DNA from: Yuukianura sp. NJ FZ-2021 | Lineage: Eukaryota | Length of the DNA: 64,000 nt | Direction of reading: 5' to 3' | Assembly: GCA_046563655.1 (NCBI GenBank) | Contig: CM102284.1 | Location: forward strand, 3,782,001-3,846,000 | In this document: positions 1-14,237 of the stretch, piece after piece | How the letters are laid out: each line of letters opens with the position of its first letter | Numbering within the stretch: position 1 is the first letter of the stretch | Program-made: the position numbers and the translations under genes | The notes under the pieces: generated by a model | What the model saw: the letters and a program-made list of their open reading frames with translations, nothing else | Database searches by the model: none | What the model was told of the DNA's origin: nothing

Positions 1-540
1 TCTTCAATGCCATGATTCGTTATTGCTTTTTTTCAGCAGGATTTCTGGAAGAAGATGACAAGGAGGAATTTTTATCAGTTCAACAGGTCTGTTTTCACTG
101 GGAAAAGGAAAATTCCACTATTTGTGAAATTTGCGCAAAGGAAAATCGGTTCATTCGTTGCAGCCGTTGTTTTAAAACTTTATGTTTTTCTTGTTTTTTT
201 TTTATGTACCACTTGGCGGAGTGTCAAAAGTAATTAAAAAGTTTTACTGAAATTAAATTTGAAAAAGTTTTTGGTGAAAGTGAATTATGGTGGCTAATAT
301 CTAACTATTTACATTCGCTAGATTGAAGTTTACCTGGTGTTGCATGTGAGAAAGCGTCTGGGCGTTTTTTGTCCTTTGAGGCGGGGACGCGGGTTCAAAT
401 ACTGGGGTAGAATTTTTAGAATTTTTTTTTTTTTTGCGTTCGCAACTAAAACTACCACCAAAATGTTTGTGCTTACATCAGGAACTCGACTACAACTCTA
501 GAATTCCAAATTTCGAGATCACGTGGAAAAGCATCCCTCG
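1..540 (+). mobile_element. 3' end of a Tc4/Tc5 (pogo-related)-like DNA transposon: transposase C-terminus (stop at 233) and right terminus
   Basis: ORF 12-233 MIRYCFFSAGFL...VCF...CEIC...FIRCSRCFKTLCFSCFFFMYH resembles, from memory, the Cys-rich tail of Tc5-like transposases. The sequence ends ...GCATCCCTCG (540) followed by TTA. Its reverse complement CGAGGGATGC fits the CnAGGGA termini and TNA target site of Tc4/Tc5. Similarity to the paralogous intron at about 34845 begins just after this point. Confidence 0.6.
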
Positions 541-603
541 TTAGTACATCCAACTTATCGTTATGCTTGTTTACGTTTATTATAGTAACATTGTTTGTAA
601 CAG

Positions 604-1919
604 AATCGGAAGAACCAGTCGGACGATCCCATCAAAGTCAAGGGCAGAAAAGACGCAGGTATGAGAATGGATTCTCTGACGCAGAAGAAGACGATGATTT
701 CAGCGAAGATGAACCCATAGGGAGAGAACCCCGAGTTCGTAAACGTAGACGTCCGGGTCGTCCACCGAAGGGATCAACACGGAAGCGTAATTAATTGACT
801 CCACACAGTTTAGATTACATTTTCGAAAAGGCACTAGCCATGACTAAACCTTTGTCACTTGAAATTGCTTTGTATAGCCAAGACGTTTCGGGTAGAACTG
901 ACTCCGCCTCCACCTAAGGTCAGTCGTCCGAGGGGAAGGCCGCGGCGGGTAGCCAAACAGGAAGAGGATCTGCCGAACGCTGAAACTGAAGACAATATGG
1001 ACTCACGTAAGTTATTTACTTCAACGCTCAATATTAAAAAAACAGTATTTTTTAATACTGGTTCATTGCAACCGCTGAAAGGAATACCCTCGAAAAACTT
1101 AAATAGGTTGTAAAAAAACGATATAAGTTTCTAGAAACAACTCAAAAATTCCATCTTCAAAAGAAGTTGACGTTGTTGACTATGATTCGGATGAGACAAT
1201 TTTCAATGACACAGAAATCGAACAGTTTCCACCTACTCCACCACCAGCTCAAGTTTCGAGACGCTCTGGAACTTCGTCAGTCGCTGGAACGTTGACTGCA
1301 TCTCAAAGGAAAACTAATTCGAATTCAAGGCCACCTTCCAGACTCATTGCTGACTTCGACAGGTACTTTTTAAAAGTTTTGTTAAACGAAACATTTTATG
1401 CACTTGGTACATATTGACAATGGTTTTAAACTTACATAGACTTCCGCAACCAGTATCCAAGGAACCAAATTTTGCCTACAAACCTGAGAAAGCCATTCGA
1501 AAGAAAGCAGAGCGAAAGAATCTTCCAGGGTGGGATTGCCCCTCTTGCCGATGCGTAAGTTGTCGAATAGCTGACGATTATTAATTAATACTTTTTCGTG
1601 AAGTCTACATGATCTTTTTCGATTGATGTTTTCAGTATTATGAAGCCATGGAGTCACAATTGGGACCTGGAGAACTTGAAAAACTGAGGAATAAGTGTTC
1701 AAAACATCGCTCCAAACTTCCCGAGCCAGATTTTTTACATAATACTCCACGGTGTACGTTACCTGTTCAACCAAACATTGATCAATTACTAATTACTACA
1801 ATTAATTTGGTCATTTTCTTGTAATAGATTTCTGGGACTTGGACTTTCCTTCCACCCAAGAATGTATTCAGAATGGTCTCATTCGTTTCGGTGAGCGATC
1901 TCAAGTTCATCAACCGTAA
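604..1919 (+). CDS. RBBP8: CtIP/Sae2 C-terminal-domain protein, 5'-partial and apparently chimeric; exons about 604-786, 878-1006, 1128/1135-1362, 1440-1554, 1636-1753, 1828-1919
   Basis: Manual splicing gives ...DFDRLPQPVSKEPNFAYKPEKAIRKKAERKNLPGWDCPSCRCYYEAM...CSKHRSKLPEPDFLHNTPRYFWDLDFPSTQECIQNGLI. This contains the RKKxER, CxxC, S(R/K)HR and TPxxFWxxxFPSTQ motifs of the Sae2/CtIP C-terminus. Intron phases are consistent from 1362 onward; the 1006 to 1128/1135 junction is uncertain. Confidence 0.8.
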
Positions 1920-2114
1920 GCAAAGGTACCGCGATCATTCCGGTCAACTTCGTCTGCGATTTTTATTTATGTACGCATATTACATCGGAAACTTCAGGGG
2001 AGCTTTCGAATGCAAAGAGGGAATCCAAAGTGACTTAATTGCAAACGGATTTTTGAAACACATTGTTAAGTGTGATAAACAATGAAATAAAAGTGACTCC
2101 CAAATATTCAACAA

Positions 2115-4191
<2,077 letters not shown>

Positions 4192-4791
4192 TTAGATTAA
4201 CGATGCGTAATTAGTTCAACTAATTGGAGAAATTACAACTTTAGACTTGAAGTTTAGTCGAAAACCACCAAACGAATTCATAAATGACAAAAACAGATGA
4301 TCCAATCCAGTACATGTGAAACATTCAAAAGCACGTGAAAACTTTTTTTTTTGTGATTGTACAGTACGAGACAAATGTCATATGACGGCAGCGGGAGAAA
4401 AAATAAAGAGCGGGATGTGTCTCTACTCACTCACTGTGTGTGTCGTGTCTTTTTCTGTCATCGGTGTTACTAAAATCGGTGTTACATCGGTGTTTTAGTA
4501 CTACATTATACTCCGGCTCAGTTCGATTTCGACGAAGTCTCACTCAGCTGTAATCGTAAAGGTCAAACGCTAGGTCACACAGTTGATAAATCACGTCTTG
4601 GGTAAGTAATCTTAGGGACTAGGGAGACTGAGACTTGTCAAGGAGTTTTCAAAACCGCAGTTTCACATTTCACGGTTGACACTAAAATTGCCACTGAAAT
4701 GTTTCGAATTCTTAAAATGAAATATCTATCCAATTCCAATTGGTAACATCTTTTTATTTTTGCTAGGGCGCGTTAACATCTAACAGCAATC

Positions 4792-7322
4792 ATGAGTGCC
4801 TTGGACGACTTCCTAGGACTGTGTGACGCCGATCCAGACTTCGATTCCGGCGAAGAGGAGGATCCATTTGAACGTTTTATGAATAAAAGCTCTCAAAACG
4901 ATGACAATAAAGACAAGCCAGCAGCAGGGAGTAGCCAGCGAGAATTTCACGAGTTGTTTGGGTCACCAACCAAAATCTCACAAGGACCGAAACTGAAAAC
5001 ACTGGAAGCAGATCCGAAGGTTAAAAAGCAGCTATTGCCAGTCGTCACTACTAATGCTATGCGAAAGACCCAGCCAATCGGAAGTTTGGCCTTCAAGGGA
5101 GCCCCACATGATGATTTGGTGAAAGATCCGTTTTCGGGTTTGCGCCTTCTGAAAAAGTCCATTCAACTTTACTTCGATGAAGTACAAACAGTAGATCTCA
5201 GCATCAAAGAAAGGAATTTGACCATACCTTACACAGCTCTGGACAAAGTAGGAAGCATAAAAGACAAAGGCCACTTCTGGACATGCGGAGTCCTCGTTAA
5301 GAAAGTTCCCGGAATTCGACAAAGTGCTAAAGGGAACGACTACGTGCTGTGGGAGATCAGTGACTTGGAAAGCGCCAATTCAATTACCCTGTTTCTATTT
5401 GGAGGTTCAGGGTCCACCGATTCTCTCAAGATGATGCCAGTGGGAACACTGCTTGACTTAGTCAATCCCGGCATACTGACAGACAATAAGCAAGGAGCCG
5501 CTGGATCTCCAGGGTTTAAACTGTCAGTATCACTGGCTTCTCAGATCCGCCATATTGGAACTGCGTATGACTTTGGTTTTTGTGGATCTCGACGAAAAGA
5601 TGGGAAAAGCTGCACGAATCCAGTCAACAAATTCAAGTGTGAGGTTTGCATTCATCATGCTGCTGCAGAACTGCGAAAACTCAACGCTGCTTCAAAGAAA
5701 GGAAACAAATGGGGAAAGAACAAAGGTTTTACGGAGTACGAAAAAATTCAATTTGCCAAACGCATGGAATCGCTGCGTTCAACTTCCGGGGAAGCCGTGA
5801 TGACAACAAATTTTGGAAAAGTCAACAGGAAGTCGCTTCCGATAGTCTCCGGGGGTGGCGGAGCCTCCACTTCGAAAGCTGGCATAACCAGCAATGGTAT
5901 CGGTGGACGTAAATCGCTCGGAGTTGACAACTCCCAAGTCAAGCCTATACCCAAACCCAGAATGGAACTGCAAGATGCTGCCAGTAGTTTACAGAAGAAG
6001 TCGAAACAGTCCAGCATTACCTACTCGAGGGACACAAGCGACCTTCTACGCTCGGTTTCCACTGAAGACAGTTCAACCAAGAAGAAATTGGAGGTCAACC
6101 TCAATCCAGCGCAGACGAAGCACTTGTCCGATCGCGATAGATTTCTTATCGAGAAAGTTGAAAAATCAAAACCAAATTCAAATTTGGCAGCTATGCTAAC
6201 AGATCCAAATCCAGGGAGTCAAAATTTTCTGAAATTCTTAAGCGATCGGCAGAAGAATGAACTTGCAGACAAGGAAAAAAGTACACCGAAAGGTCCTGGC
6301 AAGGTTTTCATGACTCGTGACGCCTTGATGAACATGCAGAAAGCTATTTCTGTTGTCAAGAAATCTGGACCAATCAAAAAGGCCGATCCAAATGCCGTTT
6401 CAAGAAAGAGGAAGTTGACATTAGAACTTGAAGTGGAAGAACCTTCGTCAGTTTCAGCAAGTTCCAGCGGACATTCTTCTGCCAGTTCTAGCTCCAACAA
6501 TGGCAATGACGGAATTCCTCCCAAATCCAAGCAACCAGTGAACATAGCTGGCCAAAAAACAGCTGGAATGGACATGGATTCTGAACAATTCGAGAAAATC
6601 TTGAATGCCAAGTCAGCACATTCGGACATTGCAGAAGAAAATCAAGAGACCGACTACTTTAACAAACTAGAACGTAAAGAAGCGATTGAGAATAAGCTGT
6701 TATCTACATTTTCGATGTCCACAACGGCCTTCATGTGTCGAGAGTGCAAGTACGTCGCTCTGAGCCAGTCTGACCTCTGCAAAGAACGAAATCATGCCGT
6801 TCGAGCTGTCAAAGCCATCAAGCGGTTTTTCAAATGCAAAGACTGTGGAAATCGGACAATGTCACTTGATCGTTTACCCAAAAGACGTAAGATTTTATTT
6901 TTTCCTTACTAGTTATGGTTAGACTAAATCTAAATTAAACTCTATTGTAACCAAACTGTAACCAACCACCGGCGCCATTTTTGTAACTTTTAAAAAACCT
7001 AACACGTGGTTACAATGGGCCACTGGATGGAATGATGGAAACAAAAATGATGTCGGTGGTTACACTCATTACATTGTGTGGTTACAATGCATACAATTTC
7101 GGTTTACTCCAACCCCAATTCTTCATAAAAATCAATTCCTTTAACATGGTAAAATACAATTGTTTTCTTATTTCAGCTTGCACCCATTGCAAAAGTTCTG
7201 CCTGGTTGGCTGCTCCAGTTGGAAAGGAGAGATCCGGGCCTACGCTGGATTCGGAGCGTTTATCGGTTCGTGGAGATGAGGAGATGTTTCTCGGATCAAC
7301 AAGTGCCAAACTCTTTCTCTGA
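4792..7322 (+). CDS. MCM10: DNA replication factor MCM10 (exons about 4792-6886 and 7178-7322)
   Basis: OB-fold region WTCGVLVKK...SAKGNDYVLWEISDL, zinc finger DFGFCGSRRKDGKSCTNPVNKFKCEVCIHH, and C-terminal YFNKLERKEAIENKL...CRECKY...KRFFKCKDCGNR...CTHC...ERLSVRGDEEMFL. Confidence 0.95.
6944..7088. repeat. Degenerate foldback/MITE-like element in the MCM10 intron
   Basis: ATTGTAACCA / TGGTTACAAT ends, with repeated internal TGTAACCA/TGGTTACA motifs. The intron (about 290 nt) is longer than most in the window. Confidence 0.55.
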
Positions 7323-8482
7323 AATCTGAAAACACGAAAACCGTGCAACCCCTTTTCAAAGTTTCAACTTCAAACGGAAGAGGAAAGCAATTGTTTACTT
7401 TTTCAGATTCAAAATGTAAGCAAATGTTGTTCTAAATAAGCATGCGTTATCCTAGAAAACATAAGTTTATTTCCGTTACAAGGATATCCGAGAACCTTCG
7501 GATTAATTATAATTTTTACCTTCAGAATTTTTTATTATTGGATTTTCATAAAAATGTTGTGGTGTTTCTAGAAGGCTTTCCTTTCCAGACTTGCGGCTAA
7601 GTTTCTCGGATCATTTCGTTCGACATGCGAAGAGTGTTTTCTGTTTTGTGAAACAGGAATCTACTGCCTGCTTGTCTTATTAATTTGGTGTTAATTTTTG
7701 GCGTCAAAGAGTCGCCTGTTCTGGTCTGAAGAACATTTTTGCGCCTGCTTTTCCTTCTGTTCAAACAAGGAGAAAGTCACAAGCTTTAAAAGTGATCCAG
7801 GCTTTCTCTTGGCTTTATGCAAAAGTCCAAGGCTGGGCTAAACTTTCTCCCAATCAGTCACCCTCTGTCATTCTGCCCTTACACACAAACTGTTTTAGCG
7901 TGTTAACGTCATCTCGCACGCCAACGTAATAAGCCTTTGTAACTGTTTCGTTGACCAATAATTATAGCGTTTCCTGGTATAAAATGTTTCTGAGTTGCTC
8001 CGATGTAACTTAACCAAACTTCAAAACAAACCATTCAAAACGTAGAAGAGTGTTTCGTCATATCATAGTGCGCTACTTTTTAGCATTTTTGTCGACGTTT
8101 TTGACGTTCTAGCTGTTTGAAGCTTTCCCCTCCCCACTGGTGCGCCTGACGATCCCCATGGAATGCTAAAAATAAGTACAATCATGTATAACTCTGCTAA
8201 AAATTTTTGCTCCGAAGTCTGAAACTGAAAATACATCACGCAACAAGGTTATTAGTGAGGAAAAACAAGCCTTGTTGGCTCTGAGTGGTTGAAGACTTTG
8301 TGCAAAAAACCGAATTCGGTGGTTTATTCCCAGTGACTGGCGTCCCCTCCTCTTCTTTCCCTTTCTGAATTAATTAGTATTGGAATCGACGACGCAATCA
8401 TCCAATCGTGCCCTTGTTTTCCTCAATTTTGTCCATGGTAACTAACCAACAGCTTTTGTTCATCCAATTGGCCAAGGCGACT

Positions 8483-8708
8483 TAAGGATTAACTACCCTC
8501 ATTGTAATCGCACAGTGTAGCCACTCTGGTCATCTTTGATGGTAACAATAGGCGACTAAACCTGAGTAGCTACTCTTGTAACCACTTTTTAACTTAACTG
8601 AAAGTGGTTATATATTTGTCACTCAAGTGTAACCGCTTATTGCTGTCCTAGCCACCAAATATCGGTGTGGCTACACTGTGAAGCTACAACGACGGTGGTC
8701 AAACCTTA
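8483..8708. repeat. Degenerate palindromic (foldback/MITE-like) element
   Basis: Perfect CACAGTGTAGCCAC (8511-8524) / GTGGCTACACTGTG (8667-8680), inner TAACCACTTT / AAAGTGGTTA, and outer TAAGGATTAACTACC matching the reverse complement of the right end. Confidence 0.7.
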
Positions 8709-8767
8709 CTTCAACCATGGATCATTACTCTGTAACTTTTTTTCTGTTTCAGTTACACTAAGTTGTC

Positions 8768-9598
8768 ATGAAGGTCTCCGTGACATTGGTAACTGTTCTG
8801 ACCCTGCTGGAAGTCCACTCTACGCTGGGCATCAAACCTTTCTTCCTCTGGGGAGTCATCAACGAAACCATTAAGGAACGCCGATTTCCAACACACTGCA
8901 CAAAACTCATTTTTCATAACAATTCGACCTTGGCTGATGACGATGTCGCCCGAAACTTCAGTGGCCTCGACAGGAATTCCTTCATTGACGTCCACGCAAC
9001 CTTCAGTGGTGGTTACGTCGCTCCAGAAGACTTTCCGAGCGACTGGGACGCTGCTGAACAGAGCTTGGAAGCTACCCACAAAGTCATGATTGAAGAGGAC
9101 AAAGCTGATCCGTGCCTGACTGTTGCCAGTTTCGTTTTCAATGCCGTCCAGTACGACGTCCATTTGGAAAATGCCACTTGGCGAAGAGCTTTTCGCCACC
9201 GCCTTGCCGATCTGCTCCAGTTTTCTGTACCAATCAGAAGCCGGCATTTGTTTCTGCTCAGAATCTCCGAGCCCGAGTACGTCTCGTGTCCCAAAGGACC
9301 AAAGTTTCCTACACGCCTTGTTCCACAATGGGAACTGCTCTTATTTGACTTCTTCCATGATGCCTGGGTCATTCAAGGGCCATTCCATGAAGACGACCAA
9401 CCTTTCCTTCATATAAGCAGAGAAACTGGAAAATGGCGGTGGATTTGTGACGATATCCTGGAGAAGCTGGAACTGGAGAAATCTTGTGGATCCAATCAAA
9501 CGTGTCTTATTGAAGGTGGAGTTGCTGACCTCTGGAATCCATTAGGTCCTGTTCCAAGTTCTTTCCCGTGCAAAAGTCGATACAGAGCGAGACAGTAG
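8768..9598 (+). CDS. Intronless putative secreted protein, 276 aa; possibly a degenerate GH18 (chitinase-like) barrel
   Basis: Hydrophobic N-terminus MKVSVTLVTVLTLLEVHSTLG. PTHCTKLIF, VHATFSGG and FNAVQYDVHLE occur in the same order as the GH18 CTHLIY, SIGG and FDGLDLDWE motifs. The family call is weak. Confidence 0.6.
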   Translation: MKVSVTLVTVLTLLEVHSTLGIKPFFLWGVINETIKERRFPTHCTKLIFHNNSTLADDDVARNFSGLDRNSFIDVHATFSGGYVAPEDFPSDWDAAEQSLEATHKVMIEEDKADPCLTVASFVFNAVQYDVHLENATWRRAFRHRLADLLQFSVPIRSRHLFLLRISEPEYVSCPKGPKFPTRLVPQWELLLFDFFHDAWVIQGPFHEDDQPFLHISRETGKWRWICDDILEKLELEKSCGSNQTCLIEGGVADLWNPLGPVPSSFPCKSRYRARQ

Positions 9599-9912
9599 CT
9601 TATGTGAGCCATTAATGGACTCAAGGTTTTTGAATTGCTGTAATTCAAAAAACTTTACAATCACATTTTGACCTTATTACCGTTTTCGCACAAAGTTAAT
9701 GTAAAAAAATTAAGCTTTCAATCAAAGTGTCTTGTCATTAATTATTATTGTTGACTTTATTCAACAATTTATCGCTAAATTTTACGTAAAAAGGCCGCAT
9801 CGACATATAGTAAAAAGACTTTGCATTTTAGTATGGTTGTAGAATCATTATTTTTGCAAAACAGAAATCTATGGCATTGATAAAGTTACAATTACATACA
9901 ACTTGGAAATTA

Positions 9913-10071
9913 CCGTAAATGTTCAACTAGTACCCCCTCACCCCAAAAAATAATGCCCGTCTGGTCTCTGTTAGTACCGTCTCCCAAGGACCTCCTCCCG
10001 TAATGCCAATCCCCCCCCCCATCACAGGTCAACGGCACTACTACCCGGGGTTACTATGTGAAGATTTACGG
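9913..10071. mobile_element. Tc1/mariner-pogo-type MITE with TA target duplication
   Basis: TA|CCGTAAATGTTCAACTAGTACCCC ... GGGGTTACTATGTGAAGATTTACGG|TA: imperfect TIR of about 25 bp with CCGTA termini. Confidence 0.8.
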
Positions 10072-10801
10072 TATTGTATTATTCTTAGGTTATTTTGGTT
10101 GTTAAAATTAAATATATGGAAAAAGGTCAAGCGACAGTTGGTGGTGGGTGAATATTGACTTAAAATGAGGTCACAGTTGACGTTGACAGTAATTTTGCGT
10201 TTCACTTTCTCCAGTTTTGAAGGATGGAGTTGTTTACTCTAATGATGCTTTTTGTATCGATTACTTTCTGTTGCTTCATGTCATTGGATCCTCCTATTCC
10301 TTCCTGTTGCTCCTAATTTCTCAATTACTTTACGATCAATGCCACGAAGAAAGCATAAAACTTTCTGTTTGTTGGACTTTTGACCTCTTGACCCTCAAAA
10401 AATTGAATTTGGATCATCACTAGTACTTCCTGTGGTGCTGCTCATCTTGAGTCTATTGTTGGACACAAAACAAAGCCCAGCCCCACTTACAGTTACTTTC
10501 TTCAACCCCCTCCTGGTACTTCCGAGTAATGTCCCCATAAACCTCAAAACTCAGCAGGGGTCGCAGGTCAACTTCTTGAAAAATGAGTTTTCATAAAAAA
10601 ACTGACGGGGGATGCACGGTTTCAATTATTGAATGTCAGATTTGCAATTGGATATGGAGGGTGGACGCACGTACTTTTAGTAGGCTCCGCCCTCCCTTGA
10701 AGAATTTGTGAAGGTATAAATTCAATTGATGACACCAATTTCTGCTGGGATTCGCCAATTGGCACACCGACCGACCAAAGCGTCTGCGCAAAGTGGCAAA
10801 C

Positions 10802-11418
10802 ATGAAGCACTGCTACTGGTCTTTGATCGCTGGAGCAGCGTTGCTGGCAATTGTCTCTTCCATGGAAGCTCCAGTACCTTGTGAGTCAAAACCTGAATAA
10901 AAAAAAACGAAATTCTGTGAAATTTTTTGAAAGAAAACAAATTTTGTGTAGATTCTGTTCACATTTTCCTCGTACCTCCAATTGTGCAAGCGAGATGTTC
11001 CATTGGACAGTTCTGGTACCCCGACATGGTTTGCAGCGTCTGCTTCTGTCTAACTGGAGGTATCTCTCGATGTGGACCAAGACCTGGATGCGATCCTAAC
11101 GATTTCACAACGACGACACCAGCTACGGAAGATGTTGCTGTCAATCCAGGAGGAGGAGCAATCGTTGGCGTAGCGGGCAACCACACTGCCAGTAATTCCA
11201 GTACTACTGCAGCACCACAGGGCACAGGAACAGTAGCCGTAACTGGAAGTACTACGCAGGCGCCTACTGCATCCACCGGCACAACTAATACGGACGCTCC
11301 AGGCATGAGCTCCACCGTACCGCCGACGATCACGACAGTTTCTCCAGGCCAACGGTTCGTGTCACGCAAAAGTCGAAGTCCGAGATTTGCAATGTTTAGG
11401 AGAGATGACGAGGAATGA
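10802..11418 (+). CDS. Small secreted Cys-rich protein with a Thr-rich mucin-like tail (2 exons)
   Basis: Signal-peptide exon MKHCYWSLIAGAALLAIVSSMEAPVP followed by a GTGAGT donor. Exon 2 RCSIGQFWYPDMVCSVCFCLTGGISRCGPRPGC has 6 Cys in pacifastin/VWC-like spacing, then a T/A/P/S-rich region. AATAAA at about 11705. Confidence 0.7.
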
Positions 11419-11456
11419 CCTTTCGTTAACATCCAGCACTCAAAATTTCTTTGAAA

Positions 11457-11546
11457 ATGACCAACGACAGACATGACAACAAAATTGCCCACGACAAAAC
11501 CGTCCATGACAAAATTGTCCATGACAAAAGTATCCTCGACAAAACC
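11457..11546. repeat. Degenerate tandem repeat of about 15 bp (ATGACAAAATTGTCC-like, about 5-6 copies)
   Basis: atgacaacaaaattgccc acgacaaaaccgtcc atgacaaaattgtcc atgacaaaagtatcct cgacaaaacc. Confidence 0.7.
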
Positions 11547-11724
11547 TGAAACTATTAGCTTGCAGCAGAACAGAAATGTAGTAATTATTTGCACTTATTT
11601 AGTAGTTTTGAAATTGAAAAGAGTGGAAGTAATAGATGAGGTATTTAATTCTAATTTATGAAGACAGTGTGTAACAAAATTATGTTGAATGAAAGTAATG
11701 TTTCAATAAATGCAATATTTTACC

Positions 11725-13580
<1,856 letters not shown>

Positions 13581-14237
13581 TCAGTTGAAGTTGACCTCGT
13601 TCCAGAACTATAAAGATTCAAATTATAAACAGCTCCTAATCTATCGCTTCGGCTTTAACTTACGATAAAGTAAATCGCTGTTTGGCACTCACTAGATCGT
13701 TCACACTTGGTATTGGACCAAAGAGGAGCAGCGACACAAATCCTGTTGAGTCCTTCAGTCACTGTGCGTGTTCAGTTCAGCCGCCCGGTCACTGATCAGG
13801 AAGTTAGTTCTTCTTGTTGCTGGAGCTGAGCTTGGTTGGAGGCGTTGGAGGTCAAGAATGAACTAGAAAGGAGTGGAAAACGTAAGGATGACTAACGAAC
13901 AACGAGAGCGACAACGAAAGAATGAAAGAATTGTTTGATCGATTCAATAATTCTGAAAATGATTTTTTTTCGAAATTGCAAAATTTCAAAAACCTTAAAA
14001 AAAATTCAAATTCAAATTGCACTGAATCAACTTTCCGATTCCGACTAACATTCATTTCCCGCCTTTTTTTAAAATTTAAAATTTTTATCAAACCACTTTG
14101 GGGCATATTGAATAAATAAATGACGCCACTTTCACCACTTACGGCTACGAAATTGAACTTTCTTCTCGAAATTAATTTTTCATAGTAAGGTTATATTTTT
14201 TAATTACTAACATTCTTTCATTTGATCTAATTTTGGT

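Noticed and set aside
1382-1774. 130-aa minus-strand ORF
   Set aside because: Antisense shadow of the CtIP/Sae2 exons; the plus-strand spliced reading carries the conserved motifs.
7480-8180. Short scattered inverted repeats downstream of MCM10
   Set aside because: Too degenerate to delimit an element.
8753-9372. 191-aa and 119-aa minus-strand ORFs
   Set aside because: Antisense to the longer ATG-initiated ORF with a signal peptide; no recognisable motifs.
11457-11546. Possible CRISPR-like array
   Set aside because: Units are directly adjacent with no unique spacers, and the context is eukaryotic; it is a minisatellite.
10959-11594. 211-aa minus-strand Val/Gly-rich ORF
   Set aside because: Complement of Thr-rich codons plus a 15-bp repeat that happens to lack stops.
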